Part shown: one piece after another, positions 12,322-27,541 of the stretch
Numbering within the stretch: the first letter of the stretch is position 1
Layout of the letters: each line of letters opens with the position of its first letter
NCBI RefSeq assembly: GCF_001194135.2
Contig: NC_068992.1
Location: 10,231,079 to 10,295,078, forward strand
From: Octopus bimaculoides
Lineage: Eukaryota
Length of the DNA stretch: 64,000 nt
Direction: 5' to 3'
The notes under the pieces: model-generated
Databases searched by the model: none
What the model saw: the letters and a program-made list of their open reading frames with translations, nothing else
Told to the model about the DNA's origin: nothing
Program-made: the position numbers and the translations under genes

Positions 12322-15300
12322 TGTATATGTGTGTGTTTTTGTGTATATATATATTAATCTTTCAGATCACCAATTATTCCCTCTTTTCATGCTTTTCATA
12401 CTGCGATAGATATTTCAGTGAATTGGCAAATAAATACAATTGCATAACAAAATATTGATTTTTCAATTGTTAGTTGTCAATATAAAATGGTATATAATAC
12501 AACAGTTGTATAAAAAATGCTATATAGTTTAGAAACGTAAAATGCAGTAATTTAAAAATGTAAATGTGGTCTATAATTCCAGAGAAAAAACGTGCCATAT
12601 AATTTAGAAAGGTAAGATTGGGATATATAATTTAGAAATATGAAAATGGTATATAATTTAAAAGTATATACGCCAATCAATAAGATAATAATTTCTTGCC
12701 ACGTTCAAAATATGTGATAATCTATTGACTCTATTTAATATATGTCTCATATTTATTCTACCCACGGACAGAATTTAGCTTCAAGACAGAGGAACAAAAC
12801 TAAATACTATAAAGCATTTATGTGTTTAGTGTACCATTATTCCAATTGTGCTATGGTACTAAAGACATCACCATCATCGTCATTATTGTTATCATCATCA
12901 TCATCATCATTTAATGTCCACTTTCCCGTGCTGGCATGGGTCGGATGGAATTTGTTGTGATAGATTTTTTACAGCTGGATGCCTTTCCTGTTGTCAGCCT
13001 TCACCTGTTTCCAAGTAAGGTAATATTGTCCATGACCCAAAATGTTTCATGGAACGTTGAGAATAAGAGATATCATTTGCATGGCAGTAACATTTCTTCA
13101 CAACTATCACATGAAGTCAAGGCATGGTGACAGTAACACACACGCATATACAATTGAAATTTATAGGAAAACAAAAGATGAAGACAGGTGTATGAACAAC
13201 AAGCAAAGTGTATCAGTTTGACGCTCAGGAAAAATGAAAAAGTTTTTTATATTTCAAGCCTACACTCTTCAGCAGAGAGGAATAAGAGAAAACAAACAAA
13301 GAGAGAAACTTTACAGTGTTACCACTGCTTGCAGTAGTAAGCTGAACCACACCATGTTGCTTTTATTTGCCTTGCCTGGAGTCCTCAACTCTTGATGGAG
13401 TCATAGGGGTGCTGTCATACCTTGTGGTCTTTTGCACCTTCAAGGCTGACCACATTAGGTCTCTTCCAGAGAGAGAGAGAGAGAGAGAAATTAACTTTAG
13501 TACTGGGTAGATATCATATTTATTAGCTTTAAAAAAGATGAATGGCAAAGTTTACCTTGGCAGGATTTGAACTCAGAGAACAAAGAGTCAGAACAAATAT
13601 TGTAAAGCAGTCTATCCAACGATCTGATGATTCTGCCTTCACTGCCTTAGTATCTGTTTACATCTGGGTGGTGTGGGCTATTCAGAATTAAGTATTTTGA
13701 CAACAATGGTGTTTTGGCCACTATATGTCAAGGATTGGCAAAGTGGTCAATACTGACTGCTAGGTAACCATTGTTAAACCCATGAAACAACTTTGAGCAT
13801 TAAGAGCGCTGAATGAACTAAACTAGAAGGAGGGCAGTAATTGAAGGCTGAAACTCAATAATTTTTTGCCAAATATTGATGCAATAATTATGTTCACAAA
13901 ACACATATTACATATTAAACATTCTGATTATATATCAATATAATTTGACTGAATTTTTAGTGTTCATTAAATATTTTCATTAAATTTCTTGAAATATTTT
14001 TTTAATTAAAAAGCAGTAATGGCACAAAACAATGAAAGAATTATTGCTTTTAAATAAAGAATATTATTTTATATACATTCTGATTATATTTTAGAAAAAT
14101 CCATGATGCAGGTTGGTTGAAAAGTTTCAATGATTCCATGAAGGGTCAATAATATAAGAAGTTTGCTGGCCCCCACTTCGTATATGTATATATACTGCTG
14201 AACTCTTGGTTGCTATGACACCTCCGTAATGTCATGTGAGATAATTGCAACTGGGAAGGATACATTGGTACTATAAAGGAAAGGCAGTGTCTACACTTAG
14301 GAATCAGAAGCTGGGCTAGAGGTTAAATTTGACATGAACGTGTCAACTTATAGCAATTCATCTTGTTGACATATGAGGCTTGGATTTCTTTGGGGAAAAA
14401 TATTACGAGCACCAACAGTCATCATGTCCTGTCTGACAAATTAGTAATTCATTCACTTGTAGGTTACTCACGCACACACACATGCACACGTGGGAGTGCT
14501 GAAATGTTCCCTGTTTGGGGTAAAAGAAAATACAGGAAAATCAGTTAATTATGATTTTATTCAACATATTCCCTGCCCAGATTCACACACTTATTGCAGC
14601 AGTCCTTCAGTTTTTCTAAGCCCTATAAAAGAACTCAGAAAGTTGGAATTCCAGCCAGGCCTTTCCCTTAAAGATAGTAACCTTTCAACACCCCCTCATA
14701 TATATATANNNNNNNNNNNNNNNNNNNNNNNNNNNNNNNNNNNNNNNNNNNNNNNNNNNNNNNNNNNNNNNNNNNNNNNNNNNNNNNNNNNNNNNNNNNN
14801 NNNNNNNNTTTTATAGTTCTTTTATTTTTCAAAAGTCCAGCTTCCTAGGGCTAAAAGGCAGTAGTGTGTTCCCTTCTTGGGATTGTCACATTAAGTTGAC
14901 AATACACTACAACTTTATCGCTCCACTACTGCTTAAATCTCTCTGAGAGATTTAGAAATATTATATTTCTAATAAGATAAAACAAAGTTCTTTTTTAATC
15001 TAAAACATACTCTCTCTTTTACTTGTTTCAATCATTTGACTGTGGCCATGCTGCAGCACCGCCTTTAGTCGAGCAAATCAACCTCAGGACTTATTCTTTG
15101 TAAGCCTAGTACTTATTCTGTCGGTCTCTTTTGCCGAACTGCTAAGTTATGGGGATGCAAACACACCAAGATCGGTCATCTAGCAATGCCTGGGGGACAA
15201 ACACACAGACACACACACAGACACACACATATATGTATATATATACGATGGGCTTCTTTCAGTTACCATTTACCAAATTCCCTTACAAGGCTTTGGTTGG

Positions 15301-18140
15301 CCTAAGACTATATTGAAAAAACTGCATTATTTATGGGATGACCCTGTATAGTAAAGTAAAGTCAGTTGCTACATCAAAGTGGCTGTTTCTTGTTATTACT
15401 AGTTTAACCCCAGGCAGATTCTATGCCAGCTGGTTAACGGTGTGACTCTGCACCCTTTATGTACGATATATTGTTAGCAGCAGGAGCGAACCTTCTACCA
15501 CCTTCTAGCAGGTAGCAGGATTGTGAGACTGACTCAGCTTGAAACTTTTTAGTATAGTTACTACTCTATCTCTTCTTGAGATTTTACAACTAGCTATTTT
15601 GCTTGTTACAATATATATATGTGTGTGTGTGTTTATATATATATATATATATGTATGTACGTATATACATATATAGTCCAACCCATGTCAACATGGAAAA
15701 CAAACATTAAAGGATTTATGTATATATGACAGGCTTCTGTACAGTTTCATCAACCAATTTTCACGAAGTATTGATTGACTCAAGAATGTGCTAAAAGATA
15801 CTCCTGAGGTACATCATAGTGGGATTGAACCTGATTACACATGGTTATGAAGCTGACTTCTTAACCACACAACCATGCTTGCACCAGTAATTCTTATAAC
15901 TAAGAATTGAAACAGACCCATATAGAAGCAGATGGAAGCTTGCATTTTATGCCAAGCAGGAACTTACTGAATTACACCCAACTGCGTAAATAGAGTTAAC
16001 CAATGAATTATGCCCTTTTTAGTCTTTGTTTTTTTTTTGTGTTTTTGCTAACAAGCAAGACCCCTGAGGGTGAGTCAACTGATAATGTTTGGGGAAAGAT
16101 TAACAAGTGTACGTGTGTAGGTGGACATTGTATGAGTATTAACTGATAATAAGTACGCTTGCACTTCACTTGAAATATTGCATATTTGTGGTGTAATAAG
16201 TCATGAGATAATGTTGTCTCTTGAGAAAGGTAATCCAGTGCAGCATTGTATGATGCAGTTAGCTCCTTTTGTTTTCAGTGTTTGTTTTTCTTCTCACGAT
16301 CCATCAACAAACATTGCAAAAAGGAGTGTTTTTATGAATTGATGAGGGCCATTAGGCAACCCTGGGAACCTTCCAAATGATCTAAAACACGATGCAGCAG
16401 CAACAGTAGGGGTTAGGGTGGTTGTAGTAGTAATATTGGTTGGGCTGAGTCCCATAATTCTCTTAATCACAGAAGAATTTGTTGTAGTGTAGGGTAACTG
16501 GGAAAAATCCGTCTGGTGGAGCGCACTCATCCCTAAGCTGTTCTAACCTCAAAAGGATAAGGCAACAAGGGAACCTCCTTTGAGTCACTCAACTTGTTAG
16601 AAATAGCAGTGAAATAACCCTCACATCTCACCTAACTATTTAAAAAGAAATGTTAGGATTCATTGGATAATATGGTACTACATAGAAAAAGCAAACAGGA
16701 AATTGATGGTGATGATATGCGGAAAATAAAGATAAGAGGGTCATAGTTTAAGTACTTTTGATCATAAATCTACTAAATTACATATAAATGATTAGCTTGT
16801 GGTAACAATACCACAATCTAATGAAGGCTCATGGGTTAGTGGTTAGGGTTAGGGTTAGTGGTTAGGGGGCTGAATTCACGATCATGAGATTGCAGTTTCA
16901 GTTACTGGATCGGATGTTGTATTGTGTTCTGGAGTGAAACACATCATCTCTGCAATCACTTCAACTCCTGATGAATGGCACACCATGAAACTGTTCAGGC
17001 AACGTTGATTTGATGGAGGAAGTGAGCTAATGCACAGCACAAACATTTGATTACTACAAACAAATCATTTGAGCCCATTACGGACATGCCCATCAATGAT
17101 GATTTGTGAGGATGGGGTCCCTAGCCAGATGTTGACGAGATAGATTGAAAGATCGGAGCTGGTGGCGAACTGTCTCTACACAAATAGGTCTGTGGAGAGT
17201 CCCTATGGTCTGCCTAGCTGATTCTGTTGCCCTCTGGAATCGGTCTGGCAAGTGCTGTTGGTGCAGGTGGCAGTCTTGACATATCGTTGTAATCCTCAGT
17301 CGATCACTGCCTGGACGTTCACCTGTGCTGTTTGTGGCATTGTATCATTCTCTCAGCCACTCAGTTGTCTGAATACTGCAGTGCAAGTCATTAGCAACGA
17401 CCCATGGATGTTGACCAGCATGGAGACGTCCAATAGCTTGGTCCCTCTGATCTCGTGTCAGTCTTGACATGTTTGCTGCGGTCAAGAAACAAATGACAGG
17501 TTGGTAAATTTGGGTGCCTTTTATATTCAATGAGTCAACGTTTTGATCCTGCATCATGCTTTTCATAAAGATGTGTTCGTGAGCATTATCATATTCATGA
17601 AAAGGGAGCAAGTTCAAACCCTACATGCAATCCTTGTGTTTCCAAAAGAGAGTGATGTTGTGGGTCAGTGACACCTTGATGTCAAATTACTTAGAAATGT
17701 GATAAAATCCATATAATCTTAATATCGTGTGTGAAACAAAAACTCTTTTACAGTGTGATGTTTCTTTTGTAATTCAGTATGTGTGTGTGTGTGTGTAAGT
17801 TTGTGGCTTCTGACCTTGACATTGCTTGGTACCTGTAATCAAGCATCGCCATCATGCAAGTGGTGTCATGTTTGAAGTCTTCTTTAAAAACGTGTCTACT
17901 CATGGGGAAATATTACTTTTTCTTGTAAACAAGTGAGGGTTTGTGACAGGAAAGGTATTTAACCATGAAAAATATCTATCTCAACAAATTCCATCTGACT
18001 CCTGCAAACATAAAAAAAGTGTACATGAAAATGATGATGATGATGATGATGATTTCAAAAGTGTAAACATCTCTCAAGCAACAACTTCACAATTCTTAAC
18101 CATATTTATGTTCATATTCCCTTTCATTACCATATTTATG

Positions 18141-18171
<31 letters not shown>

Positions 18172-20824
18172 NNNNNNNNNNATCAAATGTCTGTTGTCCA
18201 TGCTGGCATGGGTTGGACAGTTTGACCAGGGTTACAAAGCTGGAAGGCTGCAGCAGACTCCAGTCTGATTTGGCATGGTTTTCAATGGCTGGATGCCCTT
18301 CCTAATGCCAACCACTCTGAGTGTAATGGGTGCTTTTACATGCCATCGGCATGGGTGTCATTAGCGTTACACTGATATCTCCAATGACTGTGATTTTGCT
18401 CAGCTTGATGGGTCTTCTTCTCAAGCACGACATAATGCCAAAGGTCTTGGTCATTGCCTCTGTGAGGGCCCAGCACTCAAAAGGAACTCGGCCAATTTGC
18501 CTCCGGGAGGCTCGACATTTGACAGACATTTTCAGCATCTCTTGTACCTGTGCATACAAATGCTAGTTTCCCTGTTAACTTTCCTCTGATATTGCTGCAC
18601 CTGATGTGTCCAAAGCTTACACTGGGCATGTCTTAATGGAGTTTCTACCTACACCTTTACTACAGCTCAAGAAGGGCCATATTGTTTATTCTAGTTCATC
18701 AAACTTGGTTCAAATCGAGTGTGCAGAAATTACCCAAAATAATTTACTGACAAAAATTTTTTCTAATTTTGGCACAAGGCCAGCAATATTAAAGAGCAGC
18801 ACATGTCTTGATACTCTATTTATTGACTCTGAAAAGTTGAAAGGCAAAGTTGACCTATGTGGGATTTGAACTCAGAACACAAGGCACCAAAATAAAAGCT
18901 ACCAAGCAGTTTATCTGATGTGCTAATGATTCTGCCAGTCCACCACCTTCATTAACTAACCATAATTATATGTAACAAATATTATTTCTTATGAATTTCT
19001 AATCTCAGATTTAATACTGAGAGTGACAAGGAAATCTCTGTTCAATTTTGGCAAAATAAATACCACAAGGTACTTTATATGAAAGCTCCTGTGTATTGAT
19101 TTTTCTCTCTGCCATGCAACATACTCTTGTACTTCTTTGATGTTTTAAAATCTTGCTGTTGGAAATACAGATAATCAGGCATTGACTTAACTGGAAATCT
19201 ATACCAGACAATAGAAATAGATATACACTCTGAGAATAATCTACCTGTTTGTGTGTGTGTGTGTGTGTATATATATATACATACATAATATATATATATA
19301 TATAGGTAAACCATAATCAGTTGGAATTTTTTCTCCAGTACTCTTCTATATTTCTGACATCCTGATCTGCTCTGCTGTTGCTATCATAAATCTACAAGTG
19401 CTGTTTTATTGTTTCCAGGAGAAATTCTATGGTCGAGAAGTTATGCTTGCTGACCGAGAATCAGTGGAAGAATATTCTGGTAAGTTTGTATTGAGTTTGA
19501 CAATATTTGCTATTGTTTATAGCTCTAGACTTGGTCACCCATGACCCTGTTGACCTATGATCATTGGAGTCATGACCATTCCATTTTATTTGGCTGCGAA
19601 GTTGCAGGCTGTGCTCAGGCTGAGAGGCCCAGAAATTTGCTTCCCATCTACATAGTTTCAGGTTCAGTCCCACCATGTGGCAGCATGGGCCAATGTCCTC
19701 TACCTTAGCCTTTGACTGACCAAAGCTTTGTGAGTGGATTTGGTTGACAGAAACTGAGATTGAAATAAGTCCATCATCTGTGTGTGTGTGTGTGTGTGGC
19801 ACAGGTGTGGATGTGTAGTAAGAAGCTTGCTTCCCAACCGCATGGTTCTGGATTCAATCCCACTGTGTGGTACCTTGGGCAAGTGTCTTCTACTATAATC
19901 TTGGGTCGACCAAAGCTTCGTGAGTGGATTTGGTAGATCGAAACTGAAAGAAGCCTGTCATATGTGTGTGTGTGTGTGTGATCTATTCTATTAAAATTTA
20001 AATCTTACATTAAAATTTCATGTTAATTTATGTTCCAAATTTCAGCTTAATAACGACAATTATTTTTTTTATAAATTCTTCATTACTTTAAAAGTTAATT
20101 GAAATGAAGGTAGTGTTTTTCAATGGAAATATGATAAAACAAATGTTAATACGAAATGCTGTTAATTGACATAAAGTAATAATAATCACTTTATGTAACA
20201 ATAATAATCACTTTGATGTCTTAAACATTGACTGTTTATTGTGAAAGGGTCACCAGACCCTGTACATAGCAGAAAGGAGTTTATTTTCAAAGGGGTTTAC
20301 TGCAAATTCATTGAAATTGTGATATAGGTTGTTGTTATTGTTAAGCTGCAGCTGAGCTCTGATTTACTGAACAAACCTATAATCAAAGAGCCTCCACTCA
20401 TGACCATCCCATCCCATCCCATTTTAGACACATTGTATCCATGACTACATTAAACATTGTGTCCTGTTCCTTTGAAGGGGATTTGGTTGCTAATTCTAGC
20501 AGGTGCATAATGACTCCTCATTGGCATGTAGCTCAGGTATAGTGCACCTGAATAAACTTGAAGCGCACTTTAAGTTGTAATAGACTAGTTGTCTATCTCA
20601 TGTTCTTATTGACTTCCTTTTTAGGACATGTAAATACTCACAGCATGACTAACTGCATTTGCAGACATTGATAGGTACAGGTGTGGCTGTGTGGTAAGAA
20701 GCATGCTTCCCAACAATATGGTTCTGGGTTCAGTCTCACCTTGGGAAAGTGTCGTCTACTGTAGTCTAAGGCTGACCAAATTCTTGTGAGTGGATTTAGT
20801 GGATGGAAATTGAAAGAAGCTTGT

Positions 20825-20883
<59 letters not shown>

Positions 20884-22703
20884 GTGTGTGTGTTTGGCCC
20901 CCACCACTGCTTGACAACCAGTGTCGGTGTATTTATGTCCCTGTGGCTTAGCAGTTTGGCAAAAACACTTTATAGAGTGTGATTTTTTTGACTAAAATTC
21001 TTCAAGGTGGTGCCCCAACATGGCCACAGTCTAATGACTGAAACTAGTAAGACATAAAAGAAAGATACAGTTAATAATATTCCATCACATATTGTAGAAT
21101 GTCAAGTATAATTACACAAAATAATAATAATTTTTTTCAGATATTCTATTCCAAAATGCCTATACAGAAGACATTGCATTCCTTGTTGTTGGAGATCCTT
21201 TTGGGTGAGTAAAGTTAACAGATTATAATATATATGTGTGTGTGTGTGTGAATTTGTGTGTGTGTGTGTGTATATATATGTGTATATGTGTGTATGTGTG
21301 TATATGTATATATGAATGTGGTCTGATCAATAAGTATCCACACTGTTGCCTTAGTAATGAAACTAGAGCACGCCAAGTAAATTTGTTTGATCTTGAACTC
21401 TGCTGTTTACAGCAGTGCTTGGAAGGAACGTGTGTAGTGTGTGATTGTCGCATTGACCATGACAAAGAAAGTTGAGCAGGGAATCTGCATCAAATTTTGC
21501 CAAAAGCTAGGTGATACCTACTCAGAGGCCTAAGCAAAGTTTTCAAAAAGTGTTCATCATTCTTAACATAATCAAGGAGATCTTGTGTGACTGAAACCTG
21601 AATGTCTTTTTGGTCAGCTGAAAGCAGTTTTGGCACAAACTTGGCAGACATGTATCTCATACACACAAATCTTCAGTAATAACGGACTGAACTGAACCAT
21701 AACTAATCTGCACATCCTCTGATAACTCACGGATAGTGATTCAATGATTTCCCCTCACAGCTGCACACGCATCTGTGATGTTTTTCTCAGTTCTGCCGGT
21801 TGCAGGTCTCCCAGAACATTCATCAAAATTGATATTTTTCAGCCATCTTGGAAGCGTCTGAACTACCCGGACACTTGTGTGTAACTCATACACCCCTCTC
21901 CATACACTTTCTGTAACTTTGCTTAGGCCTCTGAGCAGGTATCGCCATGACAACTTTCTCTGTCATGGTCAGTGCAATGATCGCACACTACACACCTTCC
22001 TTCCAAGCATTGTTAACTTTACTTACTTGTACCTTGTGATATCATCTCTCTGTGTCTCTATATTTAGAGAGAGAAGATATCACATTATGCATATTATTGT
22101 TCCTTTGTGGTGTTGGTGGTGATGATTATGATGATGGTGATGATATTATTTCTGTCTCAGTGCAACGACCCATGCTGATCTGATGTTAAGGGCCAGAGAA
22201 GAAGGGATTCCAACTCGTGTTATCCACAATGCCTCTATAATGAATGCTGTCGGTTGTTGTGGTCTGCAGGTAAGTCACCTCAGACACTCTTCTCTATTGT
22301 TCAAGTTTTGTAAATCGTTGTTATTGTAGTAAAATTGATGTAAACATACAGACACACACACAAACGCACACACATGTCTGTTTGTATTTGTCAATTTAAC
22401 TATAAAATTTTCCAAGTTTGATCTGTTTGTGCAGCATCTTGAGCAAGTGGTAGCTTTTACTGTTGTTTCATGTTGTGAGTGAAATTTGGTCGATAGAAAC
22501 TGCAGAAAACCATTACACACACAGGCATACACATGTTTGAAAGGGTTAAATGAAAGTACTCACACACTAGAAAAAAAACTCCTTCCCCAAAAAAGGTTAA
22601 TGACATCCTGTTAAAAGATTTCGTAACATGTTTTTAAAAAATAATTTTTATTTTAAATCACCTTTACTCCTCAAAACTGTATTAAGTCATTCTCATAGAC
22701 TTT

Positions 22704-22747
<44 letters not shown>

Positions 22748-24914
22748 CTTTATTCGTGTATTAACAATATTACAAATGGTCGAGCGAGATCGTTGCCAGT
22801 GCTCCTGGACTGGCTCTTGTGCGGGTGGCACATAAAAGACACCATTTCGAGCGTGGCCGTTTTCGTGCGGATGACACGTAGAAGCACCCACTACACTCTC
22901 TGAGTGGTTGGCGTTAGGAAGGGCATCCAGCTGTAGAAACTCTGCCAAATTTAGATTGGAGCCTGGTGTTGCCATCCGGTTTCACCAGTCCTCAGTCAAA
23001 TCGTCCAACCCATGCTAGTATGGAAGGCGGACGTTAAACGATGATGATGATGATGTTTCATGTGGAAAGAATTTTCACAATCTGTGATGAATTGTCCAAC
23101 CTATTCCAACACCGAAAATGGATGTAAAATGTTGGTGGCAGTGGCAGTGATAATGCTGGAAATGATGAAATATATTCATGCAGAGAAATACAGATTGATT
23201 CACTGGCAGGGCTTTATCGTCATCTCCTTCATCCTAAACGTGTTCAACATGACATGCACCAAAGAGAAGATCCTTAACTCTCAACTCAGATAAACAGGCT
23301 GTGTGACCATTATGGATGAGTCGATGCTACTGCAACACTATTCTGCGGAGGACTCTGAGAACTAGCACCTGTACTCCTTCTTTGGGTGACTTCTATTGCT
23401 TGGAGAAGAGATACAGATTCATCACCAATTTTCTAGCACCTTCTTTAACCTGGATACATTAAAAGGAGGAAATTGAAATTCCTGTATTTCATTGCTCAAC
23501 CACAGGTGGTGTTCTGTGTACCATGTGTTTATCTGGATTATCTACTGAGAGCAGAATTGATAGTGTCAAATGTAAACAGCAATCCATATTTATTTTACTC
23601 TTCAGCTTTGAGATCACTCTGTCAGATGTAATGCTTATTTATTCACATTGTTTTGAATTAATCATGCATTATCTTGTAGCTTTTGAGATTTCATTGATGT
23701 GATTGGTTATTTTCAGAATGACGTTGCCAGGTAGGTGTGAGAGGCCAGATCTGGCCAGTTTTAGCACAAAATATAGATGGAATAGTTTGGGCCATACATA
23801 GCTGGCTTTAATGCTAAAGGGCTGATTTAAGTTTCTAGCAGTTCATGGTACTTTAGAGACATGGGAGATTTGTAATTAATAGGTTAGAGGTGTATTGACA
23901 AATTATTGTTACATGACTGCAGATAGTTTGGCAAATCGGTTATTCAAAGTTTTGGAACCAAGAATATCAGAAAATTTGATGTACCTGTATAAGGATGAAG
24001 ACTGAAATGGTAGATGAGGCAGAAAGAGTCCAATCTGGTCTGTGACTCAGATGACAGCAAGATGTATGGTCTTTCAAAGACAATCTCTTGACGGAATACA
24101 GACTTGTGGTGAGCCTCTGTCAAAGGGATTGAGACCCCACCATGTTTGTAACTGCACTCATAGTAAATCATGGTTAGATGGAGATCCTTGATATTCAACT
24201 TGCTGAGAACAGACGGCATCTACCGATTGATCAACCTGTCTAAGGAGAATCTCAGGCCCAATCTGAAGTGGGCCAAACTCCAGCCATATGAACTGGAGAC
24301 TATGGCTGTGGGTAGATATGATTGGTGCTACTGACGTTCCAGAACAGCCAACAACTTTCAAGCTGAGCAGTGTGTGCTGTGCCTCAAGGCAAATCAAGAG
24401 AGACAGGAAAAGGTATCATCTCTTGTCCCCATTAACAGTGTTCCATGTCTTATCTTCATGTCTAACTTTGGTCTCAAAATTCATATTTGTATCTGCCTTG
24501 ATAGACCAACACATCATCTTCCTTTGTCTATGGAACATTCCCCTCATACATGTACAGACATTATTATTGTATCATTTTTCTATGATATTTGTTCTTGTTG
24601 ATTCCTTATCTATATAGTTGATTCCTTATCTATATTTGTTCTGAGGTAGAGGTAATTATTTAATCTTTAATATGAGACAGAGGGTGACGGTCCAAATCTA
24701 ATTGAAGTTAAATATTCTATATTGTATATGTGTAAAGTTATTTTCATTCTGTTCTTTTTTCTAAACATCTTTTGTATATATCATTTTGTTGTATATTTAT
24801 CACTTTGTTGTGTATATATAATTTGATTGTATGTATTTACCTTTGTTGTGTATATATATCATTTGTTATGTATATATGATTTTATTGTGTATATATATAT
24901 AAATATTATTTTGT

Positions 24915-24961
<47 letters not shown>

Positions 24962-26338
24962 TCACCAGAGCAGCAGCACACAAACATTTGCATTTATCTT
25001 TTATTATTGTCAAAGTTAAATCAAAATTAAGTCCTTTAAAGATGTGCATAAGCTTCAGGTTTACAGAACCAAATGAAATAAAACAGATGCACGAGTAGAG
25101 GTACCTTCGTCAACCAAGTTAGGTGCATCCAGCAAACTTTTCCCACTTTCTAAATTTTCTGCTTACTCAAAATGAAACCAGCGTCTGTTGTACATTGGAG
25201 TTAGTCTACTCCATGGCCAAGTCATGACTCATTTCTCTGATTAACATCCCGAAGGTTGATTAGCTTTAATAATGATGATGAACAACTTCATATATTTAAT
25301 TCCTCATTGAGAATGATTTCATCATGTTGATTCTGCTTGAGAACTATTTTAAGGGTACATGTTTTTTTATTTATGCGGCCTTTTTCGAGCCCAGCCAGGC
25401 TCATGGGCCCGGTTTCCCGGTTTCTGTGGCGTATGTGTTCCCCCTAGCTGGACAGGACGCCAGTCCATCGCAGCGTTACTCAAGAAACAGGAAGAAAGAG
25501 TGAGAGAAAGTTGTGGCAAAAGGGTACAATAGGGGTCGCCAACACCCCCTGCTGGAGCCTCGTGGAGCTTTAGGTGATTTTGCTCAATAAACACTCACAA
25601 CGCCAGGTCTGGGAATCGAAACCACGATCCTCCGACTGCGAGTCCGTTGCCCTAACCACTGGGCCATTGCGCCTCCACAAGGGTACATGTGTCTGTGGAA
25701 TATTCAGCCACTTACATGCTAATTCAATGAGCAGGTAGTTCACTTAATTAAATACCTGGAATAGTTATTGTTGAAACCTATGAGGATCCATTTTCATTCA
25801 TATTAAGTTATTCTAGCTATTGTCCCCCTTCTCATCATTTAATGTCCACTGCCCTGCATGGGTCAAATGGAATTTGCTGAGGGATATTGTCTAGAGTCAG
25901 GTGCCCTTCCTGTCACCAATCCCCACCGTTTCCAAGCAAGGTGGTATTTCCTCCTCGTGGCCCAACAAATTTTAAACAAAAGGCTGGGAAGAAGCAACAC
26001 TGTTTCTATGACATTGCTGCTCATTTGCAACTATCATCATGTAATGTCGAGATAAGGGTGCACATTTACATGTGTGTGTGAGTGTGTATACGTGTGTACA
26101 CACACACACACACACACACACANNNNNNNNNNNNNNNNNNNNNNNNNNNNNNNNNNNNNNNNNNNNNNNNNNNNNNNNNNNNNNNNNNNNNNNNNNNNNN
26201 NNNNNNNNNNNNNNNNNNNNNNNNNNNNNNNNNNNNNNNNNNNNNNNNNNNNNNNNNNNNNNNNNNNNNNNNNNNNNNNNNNNNNNNNNNNNNNNNNNNN
26301 NNNNNNNNNNNNNNNNNNNNNNNNNNNNNNNNNNNNNN

Positions 26339-26395
<57 letters not shown>

Positions 26396-27507
26396 TTCAC
26401 ATTGAACTATCTTGTCATTGAATTCGCTCACATAAGTGGTTTAGTCTTTCACAGATTCATGTACTCTTAAAAAATAATTCTGAAACAGAACTAAAAGAAC
26501 AAAGTGACTGTTTTGCACTCTTCTAATTTCACTCGCTGGACTTAGGTCAACTTGAGACTATTGTAGTAGGTACTTGCCCAAGATGTCACATGTTTGGATT
26601 TGAACTTTTTATATAAAAATATGTTAATAATCTGCATCATTCATTGGGAATTTTGTTTTCTTATTCTTGTGTTTTCATTCTGGTCACAGGATAATGTTGA
26701 TGTTTTGTGAGTTCTACCCAAATGTTTAAGAGAACACTCAACCCCCCACCACATTGTCATTTCTTTAGCATTAAATGTACTGCTTTTGTTGCATCTCAGG
26801 AGTGTCAGTATGTTATTAATAAGTAAATGATTAATTAGTTAAGTGTCAAGAAATAGGCTAATAACACTTCCTGTTATTGGTACAGGAGCTGAAATTTCGG
26901 GGAGGGGAACTAGTCAATTACATGGACCCCAGTATGCAACTGGTACTTATGTTATTGTCCCTAAAAGGATGAAAGGCAAAGTTGACCTCTGTAGAATTTG
27001 AACTCTGACTGTAAAGAAGGACAAAATGCCACTAAACTTTTGTCTAGCATGCTAACAGATTGGTTAATTATAATGAAAATAAAACAAGAGAAATATAACC
27101 AGTACGTGTGTTTATCATTGGTATAATGACCCTCCCAAAATCAGATTCAACACATGACTTCTTATTAAGAATCTTGCAAGCCGAATACAAAAATGAAATA
27201 TTGAATATTAATTAATTGAAATTTATCCACTCCCCTCCTCAAATATGTTTGTGTTCACCTTGCTATTTGTTCTGCATGTAACAAGCATCCTTGAGGTATA
27301 TTTTACATCAGGAATTTTTTTTTCATTCTCAGAGTTGTCTGAGAATGGAACTTGTGGTATTTATTCTTCCTCCTCTCTATGCCCTGAGTTTAAACCTCAC
27401 TGAGGTCAACTTTGCCATTCAGCCTTTGAGACACAAGACAATAAAATACCAATCGCAGGGTTTTGATTTGGCAGAATTGGTAGAACATCAAATACCTTGT
27501 GCTATTG

Positions 27508-27541
<34 letters not shown>

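Noticed and set aside
16833-16868. TTAGGG telomere-like repeats
   Set aside because: Only two perfect units, explained by an 18-bp duplication of a SINE A-box region (GGTTAGTGGTTAGGG).
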